In this document: piece after piece, positions 1 through 9,649 of the stretch
Position numbering within the stretch: the stretch's first letter is position 1
How the letters are laid out: each line of letters starts with the position of its first letter
DNA from: an uncultured Gemmatimonadales bacterium
GTDB lineage: Bacteria > Gemmatimonadota > Gemmatimonadetes > Longimicrobiales > RSA9
Assembly (NCBI GenBank): GCA_963798085.1
Contig: CAWCRS010000005.1
Coordinates: 128,001 to 192,000 of the forward strand
Direction of reading: 5' to 3'
DNA: 64,000 bases
The notes under the pieces: model-generated
Told to the model about the DNA's origin: nothing
The model's input: the letters and a program-made list of their open reading frames with translations, nothing else
Database searches by the model: none
Position numbers and translations under genes: made by a program

Positions 1-736
1 GCTGCCGGATGTGGCGCGCTGGACGGAGTCCGAGCGCCTGACGCGCGAGAAGGAAGTGGTGGGCTTCTTCATCACGGGTCACCCGCTCGCACGTTTCCGT
101 GATGAGCTGCGCGTGTTCGGTCGCGTGACCGCGGCGACACTGAAGCAGTTCCGCGATCAGAAGGTGGAGCTGCCCTGCGTGGTCACGGGCGTGAGCCGGC
201 AGATCAGCAAGCGGAACGGCGCGGAGTGGGGGCGCATCACGGTGGAGGACTTCACGGGCACGGCGCTGGTGCTGGCCTTCGCCGATCCCTGGGAAGCATA
301 CCATGACGTGCTGGTGCAGGATGCGGCGGTGCTGATCCGCGGCACGGTGTCCGGCCGCGACCGCGACGAGGAGGCACCGCCCATCTTCCTCGATGGCGCC
401 GTGACACTGGCCTCGTTGCGCACTAACGGTTCGTTTGGGCTCGAGGTCACACTGGCGCCCGAGCTGGACGAGACCGTGCTGCGCGCGGCGTTGCCCCTGT
501 TCCAGGAGCATCCCGGCCCCTCGCCGCTGTTCGTGCGCTGGTCGCCTGCGGTCGCTGGCGGCAACGGGGAGAACGGCGCGACGCACGAGGAGGGCGGCAA
601 CGGCGCCACCGACAGCGAGGCAGCGCGCAGTGCGCGGCTGCGGTCGCGCAGCATCAGCGTGCTGCCCACGGATTCGCTGCTGGCGAGGCTGCGCGACCTG
701 TTCGGTGCGGAGCGCATTCGACTGATCCGAACCTGA
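1..736 (+). CDS. dnaE: DNA polymerase III alpha subunit, C-terminal part (5' truncated by window)
   Basis: REKEVVGFFITGHPL motif and OB-fold segment (GRITVEDFTG); classic dnaE-accA synteny. Confidence 0.9.
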   Translation, partial: LPDVARWTESERLTREKEVVGFFITGHPLARFRDELRVFGRVTAATLKQFRDQKVELPCVVTGVSRQISKRNGAEWGRITVEDFTGTALVLAFADPWEAYHDVLVQDAAVLIRGTVSGRDRDEEAPPIFLDGAVTLASLRTNGSFGLEVTLAPELDETVLRAALPLFQEHPGPSPLFVRWSPAVAGGNGENGATHEEGGNGATDSEAARSARLRSRSISVLPTDSLLARLRDLFGAERIRLIRT

Positions 737-746
737 GAGAGAACGC

Positions 747-1718
747 TTGAGCACACAGCGAGCCCAGTTCGAACGCGACATGGCGGAGCTGGAGCAGCAG
801 ATCGAGCGGCTGCTCGTGCTGGCGTCGCAGCGCGGACTCGATGTCGAGACCGAGCTGCGCACGCTGGAGGAGAAGCTGGCCACGCTGAAGAAGGTGGCCT
901 GGCGCCAGTACTCCGCCGTGGATCGTGTACAGATGGCCAGGCATCCCAAGCGACCCTACACGCTCGACTACATCGAGCGTGCCTTCAGCGATTTCGTCGA
1001 GCTGCACGGCGATCGCAATTACCGTGACGATGGCGCCATCGTGGGCGGCTGGGCCCGCCTCGAGGGCAGCACCGTCATGGTGATCGGGCACCAGAAGGGC
1101 CGCGACATGAAGCAGAACCTGCTGCGCAACTTCGGCATGCCGCACCCGGAAGGGTACCGCAAGGCGCTGCGCCTCATGCAGCAGGCGGAGAAGTTCGGGC
1201 GTCCGGTCGTCACACTGATCGACACGATGGGCGCGTATCCCGGCATTGGCGCGGAGGAACGCGGTCAGGCCGAGGCGATCGCGCGCAACCTGCGCGAGAT
1301 GTCGCGACTGCGCGTTCCCATTGTGGCGGTGGTCATCGGCGAAGGCGGCAGTGGCGGCGCGCTGGCGCTGGGTGTGGCGGATCGCGTGCTCATGTTCGAG
1401 AATGCGATCTACAGCGTGATCTCGCCGGAAGGCTGTGCCGCCATCCTGTGGAAGACGGCGAGCGCCAAGGACAAGGCGGCGGAAGCGCTGCGCCTGACGG
1501 CGGCGGACCTGGCCGAACTCCGAGTTATCGACGAGGTGCTGCCCGAGCCGCTGGCGGGCGCGCAGGACGACTGGGATGTGGCCGCGCAGACCCTGCGCGA
1601 GGGGCTGGTACGACACCTGGGCGAGCTGTCGGGGTTGAATCCGGGACAGCTGCGGGGTGCGCGCCACGCGAAGTTCGAACACATGGGCGCATGGCGGGAA
1701 GTACGCCTCGTGCGCTGA
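747..1718 (+). CDS. accA: Acetyl-CoA carboxylase carboxyltransferase subunit alpha
   Basis: ARHPKRPYTLDYI, NFGMPHPEGYRKALRLM, GEGGSGGALA, YSVISPEGCAAILWK motifs. Confidence 0.97.
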   Translation: MSTQRAQFERDMAELEQQIERLLVLASQRGLDVETELRTLEEKLATLKKVAWRQYSAVDRVQMARHPKRPYTLDYIERAFSDFVELHGDRNYRDDGAIVGGWARLEGSTVMVIGHQKGRDMKQNLLRNFGMPHPEGYRKALRLMQQAEKFGRPVVTLIDTMGAYPGIGAEERGQAEAIARNLREMSRLRVPIVAVVIGEGGSGGALALGVADRVLMFENAIYSVISPEGCAAILWKTASAKDKAAEALRLTAADLAELRVIDEVLPEPLAGAQDDWDVAAQTLREGLVRHLGELSGLNPGQLRGARHAKFEHMGAWREVRLVR

Positions 1719-1755
1719 TGATCCGACGCACGCACAGCATAGCGAGGGCTGTCAC

Positions 1756-2715
1756 ATGGCCCAGATAGTGGAAGTCGCCTTCAAGGGCAATCGCCGCAAC
1801 TACTATGCGAGCGAGCTGGACAGCATCGACCTGAGCGATTACGTGATCGTGGAAGCCGACCGCGGTGAAGACCTCGGCCGCGTTTCCGCCGCCGGTGCCA
1901 TCGCCGAACGCAAGTGCTCGGGCTGCTCGACCGGCTGCGCCGCGCCGGTGCCCACGCTGCGCCTGCTGCGCGCGGCGCTGGACGATGAGGTGGAGCGCGC
2001 CGTGGCGCTGCGGCAGGATGAGCCGCGCGTGCGCCGCATGGCGCGCGAAAAGGTGCTGCAGCACGGTCTCAAGATGAAGGTCAGCGATGCCGAGTGGCAG
2101 CTGGATCGCAACAAGCTGACCATCTATTTCACCGCGGAACGGCGCGTCGATTTCCGCGAGCTGGTACGCGACCTGGCGCGCACGTTCCGAACGCGCATCG
2201 AGCTGAAGCAGATCGGTGTGCGTGACGAGGCGGCGCTGCTGGGCGGTGTGGGGCGCTGCGGTCGCGAGCTGTGCTGCTCGACCTGGCTGCGCGAGTTGAA
2301 GCCGGTGAGTCTGCAGCTGGCGAAGGATCAGCGCCTCTCGCTCAATCCCGCCCAGATCAGCGGCTGCTGCGGCCGGCTCATGTGCTGCCTCACCTACGAG
2401 CACGAGGCGTACGTGGCCGCGCGCAAGCGTTTTCCCCGCGAAGGCAAGACGCTGCGCACCGGCACGGGCAGGGAGAAGGTGGTCAGCGTCGACATCTGGC
2501 GTGAGCGTGTCATGCTCAAGGACGAAGAAGGCAATCGGCGCACGGTCGCGCTGGAAGACCTGAAGGCCGAGGTGGCCGCCGCTGATGCGCTGCCGGAACC
2601 GCAGACGGAGCGCCCGCCCGAGCGGCGGGAGGCCTCGTACCCGTACCGGCCCGGCCGTCGCGGGCGAGAGGGCGGCCGCCGCGACAACGGGCACTCCAAC
2701 CCGGACGACGCGTGA
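1756..2715 (+). CDS. ricT: PSP1-domain protein (YaaT/RicT family, Cys-rich Fe-S protein)
   Basis: RVDFRELVRDLA, RIELKQIGVRDEA, GRCGRELCCSTWL, ISGCCGRLMCCL motifs; ATG at 1756; lies upstream of metG. Confidence 0.88.
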   Translation: MAQIVEVAFKGNRRNYYASELDSIDLSDYVIVEADRGEDLGRVSAAGAIAERKCSGCSTGCAAPVPTLRLLRAALDDEVERAVALRQDEPRVRRMAREKVLQHGLKMKVSDAEWQLDRNKLTIYFTAERRVDFRELVRDLARTFRTRIELKQIGVRDEAALLGGVGRCGRELCCSTWLRELKPVSLQLAKDQRLSLNPAQISGCCGRLMCCLTYEHEAYVAARKRFPREGKTLRTGTGREKVVSVDIWRERVMLKDEEGNRRTVALEDLKAEVAAADALPEPQTERPPERREASYPYRPGRRGREGGRRDNGHSNPDDA

Positions 2716-4241
2716 GCCGACCCGCCTGCACATACATTACTACAGCCATCGACTACGCGAATGGCGCGCCCCACATGGGGCACGCGTTCGAGAAGATCGG
2801 TGCGGACGCCATGGCCCGGTATCGTCGCCTCAAGGGCGAAGCCGTGTACTTCGCCATGGGCATGGATGAGCACGGCCTCAAGGTCATGCAGAGCGCCGAC
2901 GCCGCCGGCATCACACCGCAGCAGTGGGTCGATGGCATTGCCGCCGAATTCTCCACCATGTGGGCGCGACTGCTCATCAGCAACGACGATTTCGTGCGCA
3001 CGACGGAGCCGCGTCACGAGCGCGCCGCGGTGGAGCTGATCCGCCGCATCCAGAAGGGCGACCATTTCTACCGCGGCCGGTACGAGGGCTGGTACTGCGT
3101 GGGCTGCGAATCGTTCAAGCGCGAGGACGAGCTGTTCCTTGATGACACCGGTGTTCGCCGCTGCGTGCTGCACCCGACGCGCGAAGCCACGTGGTCGGAG
3201 GAAAACAACTGGTTCTTCCGGTTGTCGAACTTCCAGGAGCAGCTGCTGCGGCTCTACGACGAGCGCCCCGGCTTCATCCAGCCCGAGTCGCGTTACAACG
3301 AGGTGCGGCGCCTGGTCGAGGCGGGCCTCGAGGACATCTCCGTCACGCGCTCCATTTCATGGGGCATTCCGTGGCCGGGCGACGACACGCAGACGATCTG
3401 GGTGTGGGTCGAAGCGCTGATCAACTACATCTCGGCCACAGGCTTTCCCGATCCGGGCTTCGAGCGCTACTGGCCGGCCAGCTGGCACGTCATCGGTAAG
3501 GACATCACGCGTTTCCACTGCGTGATCTGGCCGGCCATGCTGATGGCCGCGGGACTGGAGCCGGCACAGGCCGTGTGGGCGCACGGCTTCTTCAACTTCG
3601 CCGGGCGCAAGCTGTCCAAGTCGGAAGGTGTGAGCGTCGACCTGGGCGATGCGGTGGACCGCTTCGGCCCGGATGCGTTCCGCTACTACATGCTGCGTGA
3701 AGTGCCGTGGAACGATGATGGCGACTTCTCGTGGGAGCGTTTCGAGTCGCGCTACACGGCGGATCTCGCGGATGACCTGGGCAACCTGGTGAATCGTGTG
3801 ATCTCGATGATCGAGCGTTATCGCGCCGGTATTGTGCCGCAGGCACCGCGCACCTGGCTGGATGACGAGGCGAGCGCCACGCTGCACAAATACTTCGCCG
3901 CCATGGACGCCAACCTGCTGCACCAGGGCGCGGCTGCCGCCATGGAGCTGGCAGTGGCGGCGAACGGCTTCATCGAGGCACAGGCGCCGTGGAGCCAGGC
4001 GAAGGATCCGGCGCAGAGCGCGGCGCTCGATGCCACTCTGGCATCGCTGGCTCGGGCCATTGTCATCACGGCGGTGCTGCTCTCGCCGTTCATGCCTTCG
4101 AAGATGCAGGATCTGCTGGCGCGTTTCGGCTACTCCGGGACGCCCCGGCTGGACGCGCTGCCTACCCTCGATGCGGGGGGCCGGACCGCTGTGCGCGGCG
4201 CCATCCTCTTCCCCAAGGACCGTTCGCCGGAACCCGCTTGA
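2712..4241 (+). CDS. metG: Methionyl-tRNA synthetase (short form)
   Basis: YITTAIDYANGAPHMGH (HIGH-like), GKDITRFH, KLSKS (KMSKS-like). Confidence 0.95.
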   Translation: MSRPACTYITTAIDYANGAPHMGHAFEKIGADAMARYRRLKGEAVYFAMGMDEHGLKVMQSADAAGITPQQWVDGIAAEFSTMWARLLISNDDFVRTTEPRHERAAVELIRRIQKGDHFYRGRYEGWYCVGCESFKREDELFLDDTGVRRCVLHPTREATWSEENNWFFRLSNFQEQLLRLYDERPGFIQPESRYNEVRRLVEAGLEDISVTRSISWGIPWPGDDTQTIWVWVEALINYISATGFPDPGFERYWPASWHVIGKDITRFHCVIWPAMLMAAGLEPAQAVWAHGFFNFAGRKLSKSEGVSVDLGDAVDRFGPDAFRYYMLREVPWNDDGDFSWERFESRYTADLADDLGNLVNRVISMIERYRAGIVPQAPRTWLDDEASATLHKYFAAMDANLLHQGAAAAMELAVAANGFIEAQAPWSQAKDPAQSAALDATLASLARAIVITAVLLSPFMPSKMQDLLARFGYSGTPRLDALPTLDAGGRTAVRGAILFPKDRSPEPA

Positions 4242-4267
4242 CACGGTCCGGTACACCGATCTACACT
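4238..4267 (+). promoter_or_regulatory. Putative sigma70 promoter TTGACA-N18-TACACT overlapping the metG stop
   Basis: TTGACA at 4238-4243 and TACACT at 4262-4267. Confidence 0.5.
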
Positions 4268-4312
4268 GGCAGCCTCTACTCGCGCTGCCAAAGACGTCAC
4301 TGTTCCTGGACC

Positions 4313-4342
4313 GCGGCTCCTCCCGGGGCCGCTCTCCTTTTT
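4313..4342 (+). terminator. Putative intrinsic terminator
   Basis: GCGGCTCC-tccc-GGGGCCGC stem followed by TCTCCTTTTT. Confidence 0.45.
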
Positions 4343-4368
4343 GTCACACGTTCCCCGATGGGTGATGA

Positions 4369-5238
4369 ATGGCCCGACGACGTGACTGGACGGTAAAGGT
4401 TCTCGGCCAAAGCCGGGGCGACGTCCATCCGCCGCAGATCTCACGCGAACTCATGCAGCTCGGCATTGCGGCCGTTCTGCTCGTCATTGGCTTTCTCGGT
4501 TCCGCCGCAGGCTATCTCTTCCATGATGCCCAGGTCAGCCTCCAGCACCACGACCTCGTCCTCAAGAGCGCGCTGCTGACCGGCAGCGCCGGACAGCGGC
4601 TGCGCGGCGATGCCGACAACACCGCTGATGAAGAGACCGTCGCGGAGCGGGCCGGGGCAGTGGGCGAATCGCTTTTCGGCAACCCCCTCTTCGGCGTGGA
4701 CCTCGCTTCTTCGGTCAGTGAAACACCGCTCGACGGGCAGGTGAATGACCTGCTGCAGCGGGCGAAGCAGCTGGCCTTCGGCTGGCGGGAAGCGGGCGAT
4801 GCGCTGGAACGCAAAGTCGACGATCTCGCCACGACGCCTTCCATCCTGCCGGCTATGGGCTACATCGGCAGCTCCTTCTCGCGTAACCGCTTCCACCCGA
4901 TCCTGGGAATCGTCCGGCCCCATCTGGGTGTCGACATCGTGGCAACGCGCGGCACGCCGGTCATGGCGGCGGCGCGTGGCGAAGTCACGTTCGTGGGCCG
5001 GAAGGGCGAGCTGGGTCTCATGGTGCAGATCGATCACGGCTCGGGCCGCGTCACACGCTACGCCCACCTGTCGCGCACCGTTGCCCGCGCCGGCCAGCAT
5101 GTGGAGCGCGGCGAACTCATCGGCAATGTCGGATCCACCGGCCTCGCCGTGGGCTCGCATCTGCACTACGAGGTCTGGCTCAACGGCCGGCCGGTCAACC
5201 CCCGGAAGTTCATTCAATCCGGCGTGATCCACCCCTGA
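4369..5238 (+). CDS. M23 family metallopeptidase, membrane-anchored
   Basis: N-terminal TM segment; HLGVD, YAHLS, GSHLHYEV zinc motifs. Confidence 0.9.
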   Translation: MARRRDWTVKVLGQSRGDVHPPQISRELMQLGIAAVLLVIGFLGSAAGYLFHDAQVSLQHHDLVLKSALLTGSAGQRLRGDADNTADEETVAERAGAVGESLFGNPLFGVDLASSVSETPLDGQVNDLLQRAKQLAFGWREAGDALERKVDDLATTPSILPAMGYIGSSFSRNRFHPILGIVRPHLGVDIVATRGTPVMAAARGEVTFVGRKGELGLMVQIDHGSGRVTRYAHLSRTVARAGQHVERGELIGNVGSTGLAVGSHLHYEVWLNGRPVNPRKFIQSGVIHP

Positions 5239-5293
5239 AAACGCGGACGCCCCATCGTTCGCCGACATCCAGTGCAGAACTGACAGGCCCCGC

Positions 5294-7444
5294 ATGAACC
5301 CGTCGCTGGACGTAGCCGCGCCGGCTGCGCTGACGCTGGAAGTCGACGACGACAACGTCGTCTGGCTCGTTTTCGACCGGCCTGACAGCAAAGTCAATCT
5401 TCTCAGCGCCGACGTCATGGCGAGGCTCGACGAGTTGATCGGCGAAATCGAGCGGCTGCAGGACGAGCGCGGCATCCGTGCGGTGATCGTGCGCAGCGCC
5501 AAGGATGGCACCTTCATCGCTGGCGCCGACGTGAACGAGATCGCCGGCATTCGCGACGCGACCGAGGGCTACGACGCGTCACGCACGGGTCAGCGCATCT
5601 TCCGCCGTCTCGAGTTGCTGTCCGTCCCGACAGTCGCGGCCATCGATGGATTGTGTCTGGGCGGCGGCACCGAGCTGGCGCTGGCGTGCGACTATCGCCT
5701 GGCCAGCGACCGGCCGCAGACGAAGATCGGCCTGCCGGAAGTGCGCCTCGGCATCATTCCCGGTTTTGGCGGCACCACGCGACTGCCGCGGCTCATCGGC
5801 CTGACGCAGGCACTACCCATCATTCTGACCGGTCAGCCCGTCTCCGCCTCGAAGGCGAGGCGCATCGGGATGGTCGACGAAGCCGTTCATCCCGCAATCC
5901 TCTACGACCGTGCGAAAAAGGCGGCGCTGGCGGGCCGGCTCTCGCCCCGCCGCAAACGCCCGCTCCGACTGCGCCTGCTCGACGAGACCATCCCCGGCCG
6001 TGCGCTCGCGCTCAATCGCGCCAGGGCCGGCGTGATGAAGGAGACGCACGGCCACTATCCGGCGCCGCTGCTGGCGCTCGATGTGATCCGCAGCTCTCTG
6101 GGCCAGCCGCTCGACGTGGCGTTCGAACTGGAGGCGCGCGGCATTGGCTCGCTGCTGGCCAGTCCCGTCTCGAAGCACCTGATCCACGTGTTCCACCTGA
6201 TGGAAGGCGCGCGCAAGGCGGGACCGCAGGGCGTGCGGCCGCAGCCCGTGCGGCGCGTCGCGGTGCTGGGCGCCGGCGTCATGGGTGGCGGCATTGCGCA
6301 GCTGCTCGCGTTCAACGACATCACCGTGCGCCTGAAGGATGTGGATGCGCGTGCCATGGGCAACGGCCTCCGGCACGCGCGCAGCATCTTCGACCGCGCC
6401 GTGCGCCGCGGGCGCATGACACAGCGTGTCGCCAGCCGCCACATGGATGCGATCGCCCCAACACTCGATTACAGCGGCTTCGGCAGCGTGGATCTGGTGA
6501 TCGAGGCCATCGTCGAGCGCATGGACGTGAAGCAGAAGGTGCTGCGCGAGGTAGAGGCGCAGGTGTCGCCCGACTGCGTGCTCGCCTCCAACACTTCTTC
6601 CCTGTCCATCACGGTAATGCAGTCGGCGCTGGCGCGGCCCGGCAACTTCTGCGGCCTGCACTTCTTCAACCCGGTGCACCGCATGCCGCTGGTGGAGGTG
6701 ATCCGCGGCGAGCACACGAGCGACGTCGCACTGGCCACGGCGTTCGCGCTGGCGAGGCGCCTGGACAAGACGCCCGTGCTGGTGAACGACGGCCCCGGCT
6801 TCCTCGTGAATCGCGTGCTGGCGCCCTATCTCAATGAAGCCGGCTTCCTGCTGCAGGAGGGCGCATCCATTCGCGCCATCGATCGCGCGCTGCTCGACTT
6901 CGGCATGCCCATGGGCCCGCTGCGCCTGCTGGATGAAGTGGGGCTGGACGTGGCGCGCCACGTGGCGGAAGTGATGCACGAAGGCCTGGGCGACCGCATG
7001 CGGCCGGCCGCCGCGCTGGCCGCACTGGAAGGCACGGAACTGCTGGGCCGCAAGGGGGGCCGCGGCTTCTACGTGTACGATGGCGAACGACAGCGCGGCA
7101 TCAACGACGAGATCTACGAGCGTCTCGCACCCTGCGTGCCGGCGAAGCGCGTCGACATCGAAGCGGATGTCATCCGCACGCGGACTGTGCTGGCCATGGT
7201 GAACGAGGCCGCGCGCGTGCTCGAGGATGGCATTGCGCGGAATGCCGGCGATGTCGATCTCGCCATGATCACGGGCACCGGCTTCCCGCCTTTCCGCGGC
7301 GGGCTGCTGCGCTACGCGGACGATGTGGGTCTCGCGCTCATCCGCGATCGCCTGGACGAGCTGACCAGCGCAGTGGGCGCGCGCTTCACGACCGCCGGTC
7401 TGATCCGCGAACTGGCCGATGCGCAGCGAGGCTTCTACGGCTGA
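5294..7444 (+). CDS. fadJ: Fatty acid oxidation complex alpha subunit (enoyl-CoA hydratase/3-hydroxyacyl-CoA dehydrogenase)
   Basis: Crotonase domain (FIAGAD, GGGTELALAC, GLPEV) plus HAD domain (VLGAGVMGGGIA, SNTSSL, GLHFFNPV). Confidence 0.9.
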   Translation: MNPSLDVAAPAALTLEVDDDNVVWLVFDRPDSKVNLLSADVMARLDELIGEIERLQDERGIRAVIVRSAKDGTFIAGADVNEIAGIRDATEGYDASRTGQRIFRRLELLSVPTVAAIDGLCLGGGTELALACDYRLASDRPQTKIGLPEVRLGIIPGFGGTTRLPRLIGLTQALPIILTGQPVSASKARRIGMVDEAVHPAILYDRAKKAALAGRLSPRRKRPLRLRLLDETIPGRALALNRARAGVMKETHGHYPAPLLALDVIRSSLGQPLDVAFELEARGIGSLLASPVSKHLIHVFHLMEGARKAGPQGVRPQPVRRVAVLGAGVMGGGIAQLLAFNDITVRLKDVDARAMGNGLRHARSIFDRAVRRGRMTQRVASRHMDAIAPTLDYSGFGSVDLVIEAIVERMDVKQKVLREVEAQVSPDCVLASNTSSLSITVMQSALARPGNFCGLHFFNPVHRMPLVEVIRGEHTSDVALATAFALARRLDKTPVLVNDGPGFLVNRVLAPYLNEAGFLLQEGASIRAIDRALLDFGMPMGPLRLLDEVGLDVARHVAEVMHEGLGDRMRPAAALAALEGTELLGRKGGRGFYVYDGERQRGINDEIYERLAPCVPAKRVDIEADVIRTRTVLAMVNEAARVLEDGIARNAGDVDLAMITGTGFPPFRGGLLRYADDVGLALIRDRLDELTSAVGARFTTAGLIRELADAQRGFYG

Positions 7445-7967
7445 GCCGGTAACAATCCATTATCACCGCCCGCCCGATCGCGAGGACGTGTTCGTGCAGC
7501 GCCTGGTCGAGCGCACGGGCAGCACCATCATCACCTTCATGGAACGCACGCCGCTGGCGCGGACCCTGCGCGTGCGCCGCCGCATCGCGCTGGAGAACGG
7601 ATCGCCCGTGGTGTGGTTCACGTTCCCCGGCTGCTGGCACGATATCGGGCTCTTCCATCGCGCGGACGGCCGCTACACCGGAACCTACGCCAACATCCTC
7701 ACGCCCGTGCGCCTGCTGGACGCAACAACCTGGAGCACGACCGACCTGTTCCTGGATGTCTGGGTCGATCTCTCGGGCGAGGCATCGATTCTGGACGAGG
7801 ACGAGTTCCGCCACGCCATCCAGCGCGGCTGGCTCGAGCCCGGCCTGGCGGCACGGGCGCGCGCCGAAGCGGAGCTGCTGCTGCGTGCGGCGCGTGCGGG
7901 CGAATGGCCGCCGCCGGTCGTGCGTGACTGGACCCTCGACCGCGTCCGCAGCATACCGACCGGCTGA
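7419..7967 (+). CDS. DUF402-family protein
   Basis: YANILTP...DLFLDVWV...ILDEDEF pattern; start uncertain. Confidence 0.7.
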   Translation: MRSEASTAEPVTIHYHRPPDREDVFVQRLVERTGSTIITFMERTPLARTLRVRRRIALENGSPVVWFTFPGCWHDIGLFHRADGRYTGTYANILTPVRLLDATTWSTTDLFLDVWVDLSGEASILDEDEFRHAIQRGWLEPGLAARARAEAELLLRAARAGEWPPPVVRDWTLDRVRSIPTG

Positions 7968-8037
7968 CGGCACTCGCCTTCGGCCCACGGTGTACCTGCG
8001 AGCCGGCAATCGTCCGCTTCCTGGCTGGAGTTTTCCC

Positions 8038-8718
8038 ATGGCATTGACGGTCCGGCCCCTGTTCACCGGCAATCGTGCGCGTCGTTCGTTCACCATCGCG
8101 GCCGCACTTCTGCTTCTCGCCGCTGCGCGCGCGCTGTCCGCGCAGGATGCACCGCCCACAATCTTCGACAAGGCGTCGCTCAGTCGGGCGAAAGGTGGCG
8201 AGGACGCGCCGCTCTTCGTGTATGAGTTCGCCGACTTCGAGTGCCCGCACTGCGCCCATTTCGCAACCGAGGTCTTTCCGCTGCTGGACAGCGCGTTCGT
8301 CAAGACCGGCAAGGTGCGCTGGATCTTCGTGAACCTGCCACTGCCCGGACACGCTGAAGCCTGGGTGGCGCACGAAGCCGCTCTCTGCGCGGGCGCCGTC
8401 GCCGGCAAATTCTGGGAGATGCACGACCGCATCTACGCCAGCCAGAAGGAATGGTCGGAAGCTGCCGACCCCGGCGCCACACTCGCCCGCTACGCCAAAG
8501 AGCTGGGTGTGCCCATACAACCCTTCACCGCCTGCACGGCCGCCGACAAGGTCGCTTCCCTCATCCTCCAGGACGTGATCTTCGCCGCGTCCTCCCACGT
8601 CAACGGCACACCCGCCTTCATCGTGAACAACGAACAATCCGTGATGGGCCTCAAAACATTCGAAGAATGGAAGGCCATTCTCGACCCCATGCTCAAATCC
8701 AAAACCATCCACCAGTGA
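8038..8718 (+). CDS. DsbA-family thioredoxin-fold protein, exported
   Basis: Signal peptide, FADFECPHC, VNGTPAF cis-Pro loop. Confidence 0.88.
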   Translation: MALTVRPLFTGNRARRSFTIAAALLLLAAARALSAQDAPPTIFDKASLSRAKGGEDAPLFVYEFADFECPHCAHFATEVFPLLDSAFVKTGKVRWIFVNLPLPGHAEAWVAHEAALCAGAVAGKFWEMHDRIYASQKEWSEAADPGATLARYAKELGVPIQPFTACTAADKVASLILQDVIFAASSHVNGTPAFIVNNEQSVMGLKTFEEWKAILDPMLKSKTIHQ

Positions 8719-8769
8719 GAGCGCGGAGGACGAGGAGCGCGCTGACGGGCTCTGCGTACGAATGGGTGG

Positions 8770-8962
8770 GGAGAACGGAGATTCTGATTAACGAATAAAC
8801 GGATTCGACGGATTGAATTCAACGGATCTGGATTTAACCGCGCAGTGTCCTCGGGCCGCCTTCGCCGACCAGGAATCCGTTCGCAGAGGTGAGCACATTC
8901 CGGGGTCCGCCGGGATGTCCCCTCCCCGTCAGCCTTCCGCGCCCTCCGCGCCCTCTGCGGTG
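8770..8962. repeat. Cluster of short degenerate repeats (ACGGAT core; CGCGCCCT units) at a convergent junction
   Basis: AAACGGAT, TCGACGGAT (8805-8813), TCAACGGAT (8819-8827); CTTCCGCGCCCTCCGCGCCCTCTGCGGT near 8934-8961. Confidence 0.5.
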
Positions 8963-9153
8963 GAAGGAAGTAGTTGAGCCGAAAGGAGCCTGCGGAAGTC
9001 GATGTAGAGGATGGCGGATATGGTGGGGTCTTCGCGCAGGGCGTCGATCAGGCGGGGGTAGTGCTGCACGATGTCGGCGGGCAGGTCGATGTAGACGTCG
9101 TGGAACGCGCCCTCGTCGGCGAAAGTCAGTTTCACGCGGTCCATTTCAGCCAT
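8929..9153 (-). CDS. Small hypothetical protein (about 74 aa)
   Basis: MAEMDRVKLTFADEGAFH...LIDALREDP; start overlaps the VKOR stop. Confidence 0.65.
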   Translation of the reverse strand: MAEMDRVKLTFADEGAFHDVYIDLPADIVQHYPRLIDALREDPTISAILYIDFRRLLSAQLLPSTAEGAEGAEG

Positions 9154-9649
9154 CCATGCCTCGACGCAGCAGGCCGATTTCGGGGAGCGAGAGCAGGAAG
9201 AGCAGCGTCGCAACCACGGCGGAGCCGATGCACCAGCGGCACCAGGCGGCAATGCGCGTCTGCTCGATCCAGGAGAGGTAGGCGGAGAACAGAAACGCGA
9301 CCGTGCAGCAGAGCAGCAGGATCCAGGCGACGCGGCGGTCCTGCATGAGCGCGGGTTGAATGCCCAGGAGCGCCGTCACCAGGATGAGCCCGTACCCTGC
9401 CACACCCCAGAGCGGCACCGGCAGTCCCAGGAAGCTCGACCACGGCGAGCTCTGCACGCTTTCGCAGGAGTGCGCCCCGCCGCAGACCAGCGTGGTGATA
9501 ACGCCGAGTTTGTAGAGCAGCATGTACGCGGCAATGAGCACGCCGGCCAGTGCGAGCACGGCCATGGTCATGCGCCGGGTGGGTGAGGCGGCGCTGCCCG
9601 CGGGCTCACCCGGGCGCGCGACGCGGCCGGCGTTGAGCGGCGCGCTCAC
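9146..9649 (-). CDS. Vitamin K epoxide reductase (VKOR) family protein
   Basis: CGGAHSCESV loop cysteines, CRWC active site, several TM helices. Confidence 0.9.
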   Translation of the reverse strand: MSAPLNAGRVARPGEPAGSAASPTRRMTMAVLALAGVLIAAYMLLYKLGVITTLVCGGAHSCESVQSSPWSSFLGLPVPLWGVAGYGLILVTALLGIQPALMQDRRVAWILLLCCTVAFLFSAYLSWIEQTRIAAWCRWCIGSAVVATLLFLLSLPEIGLLRRGMDG

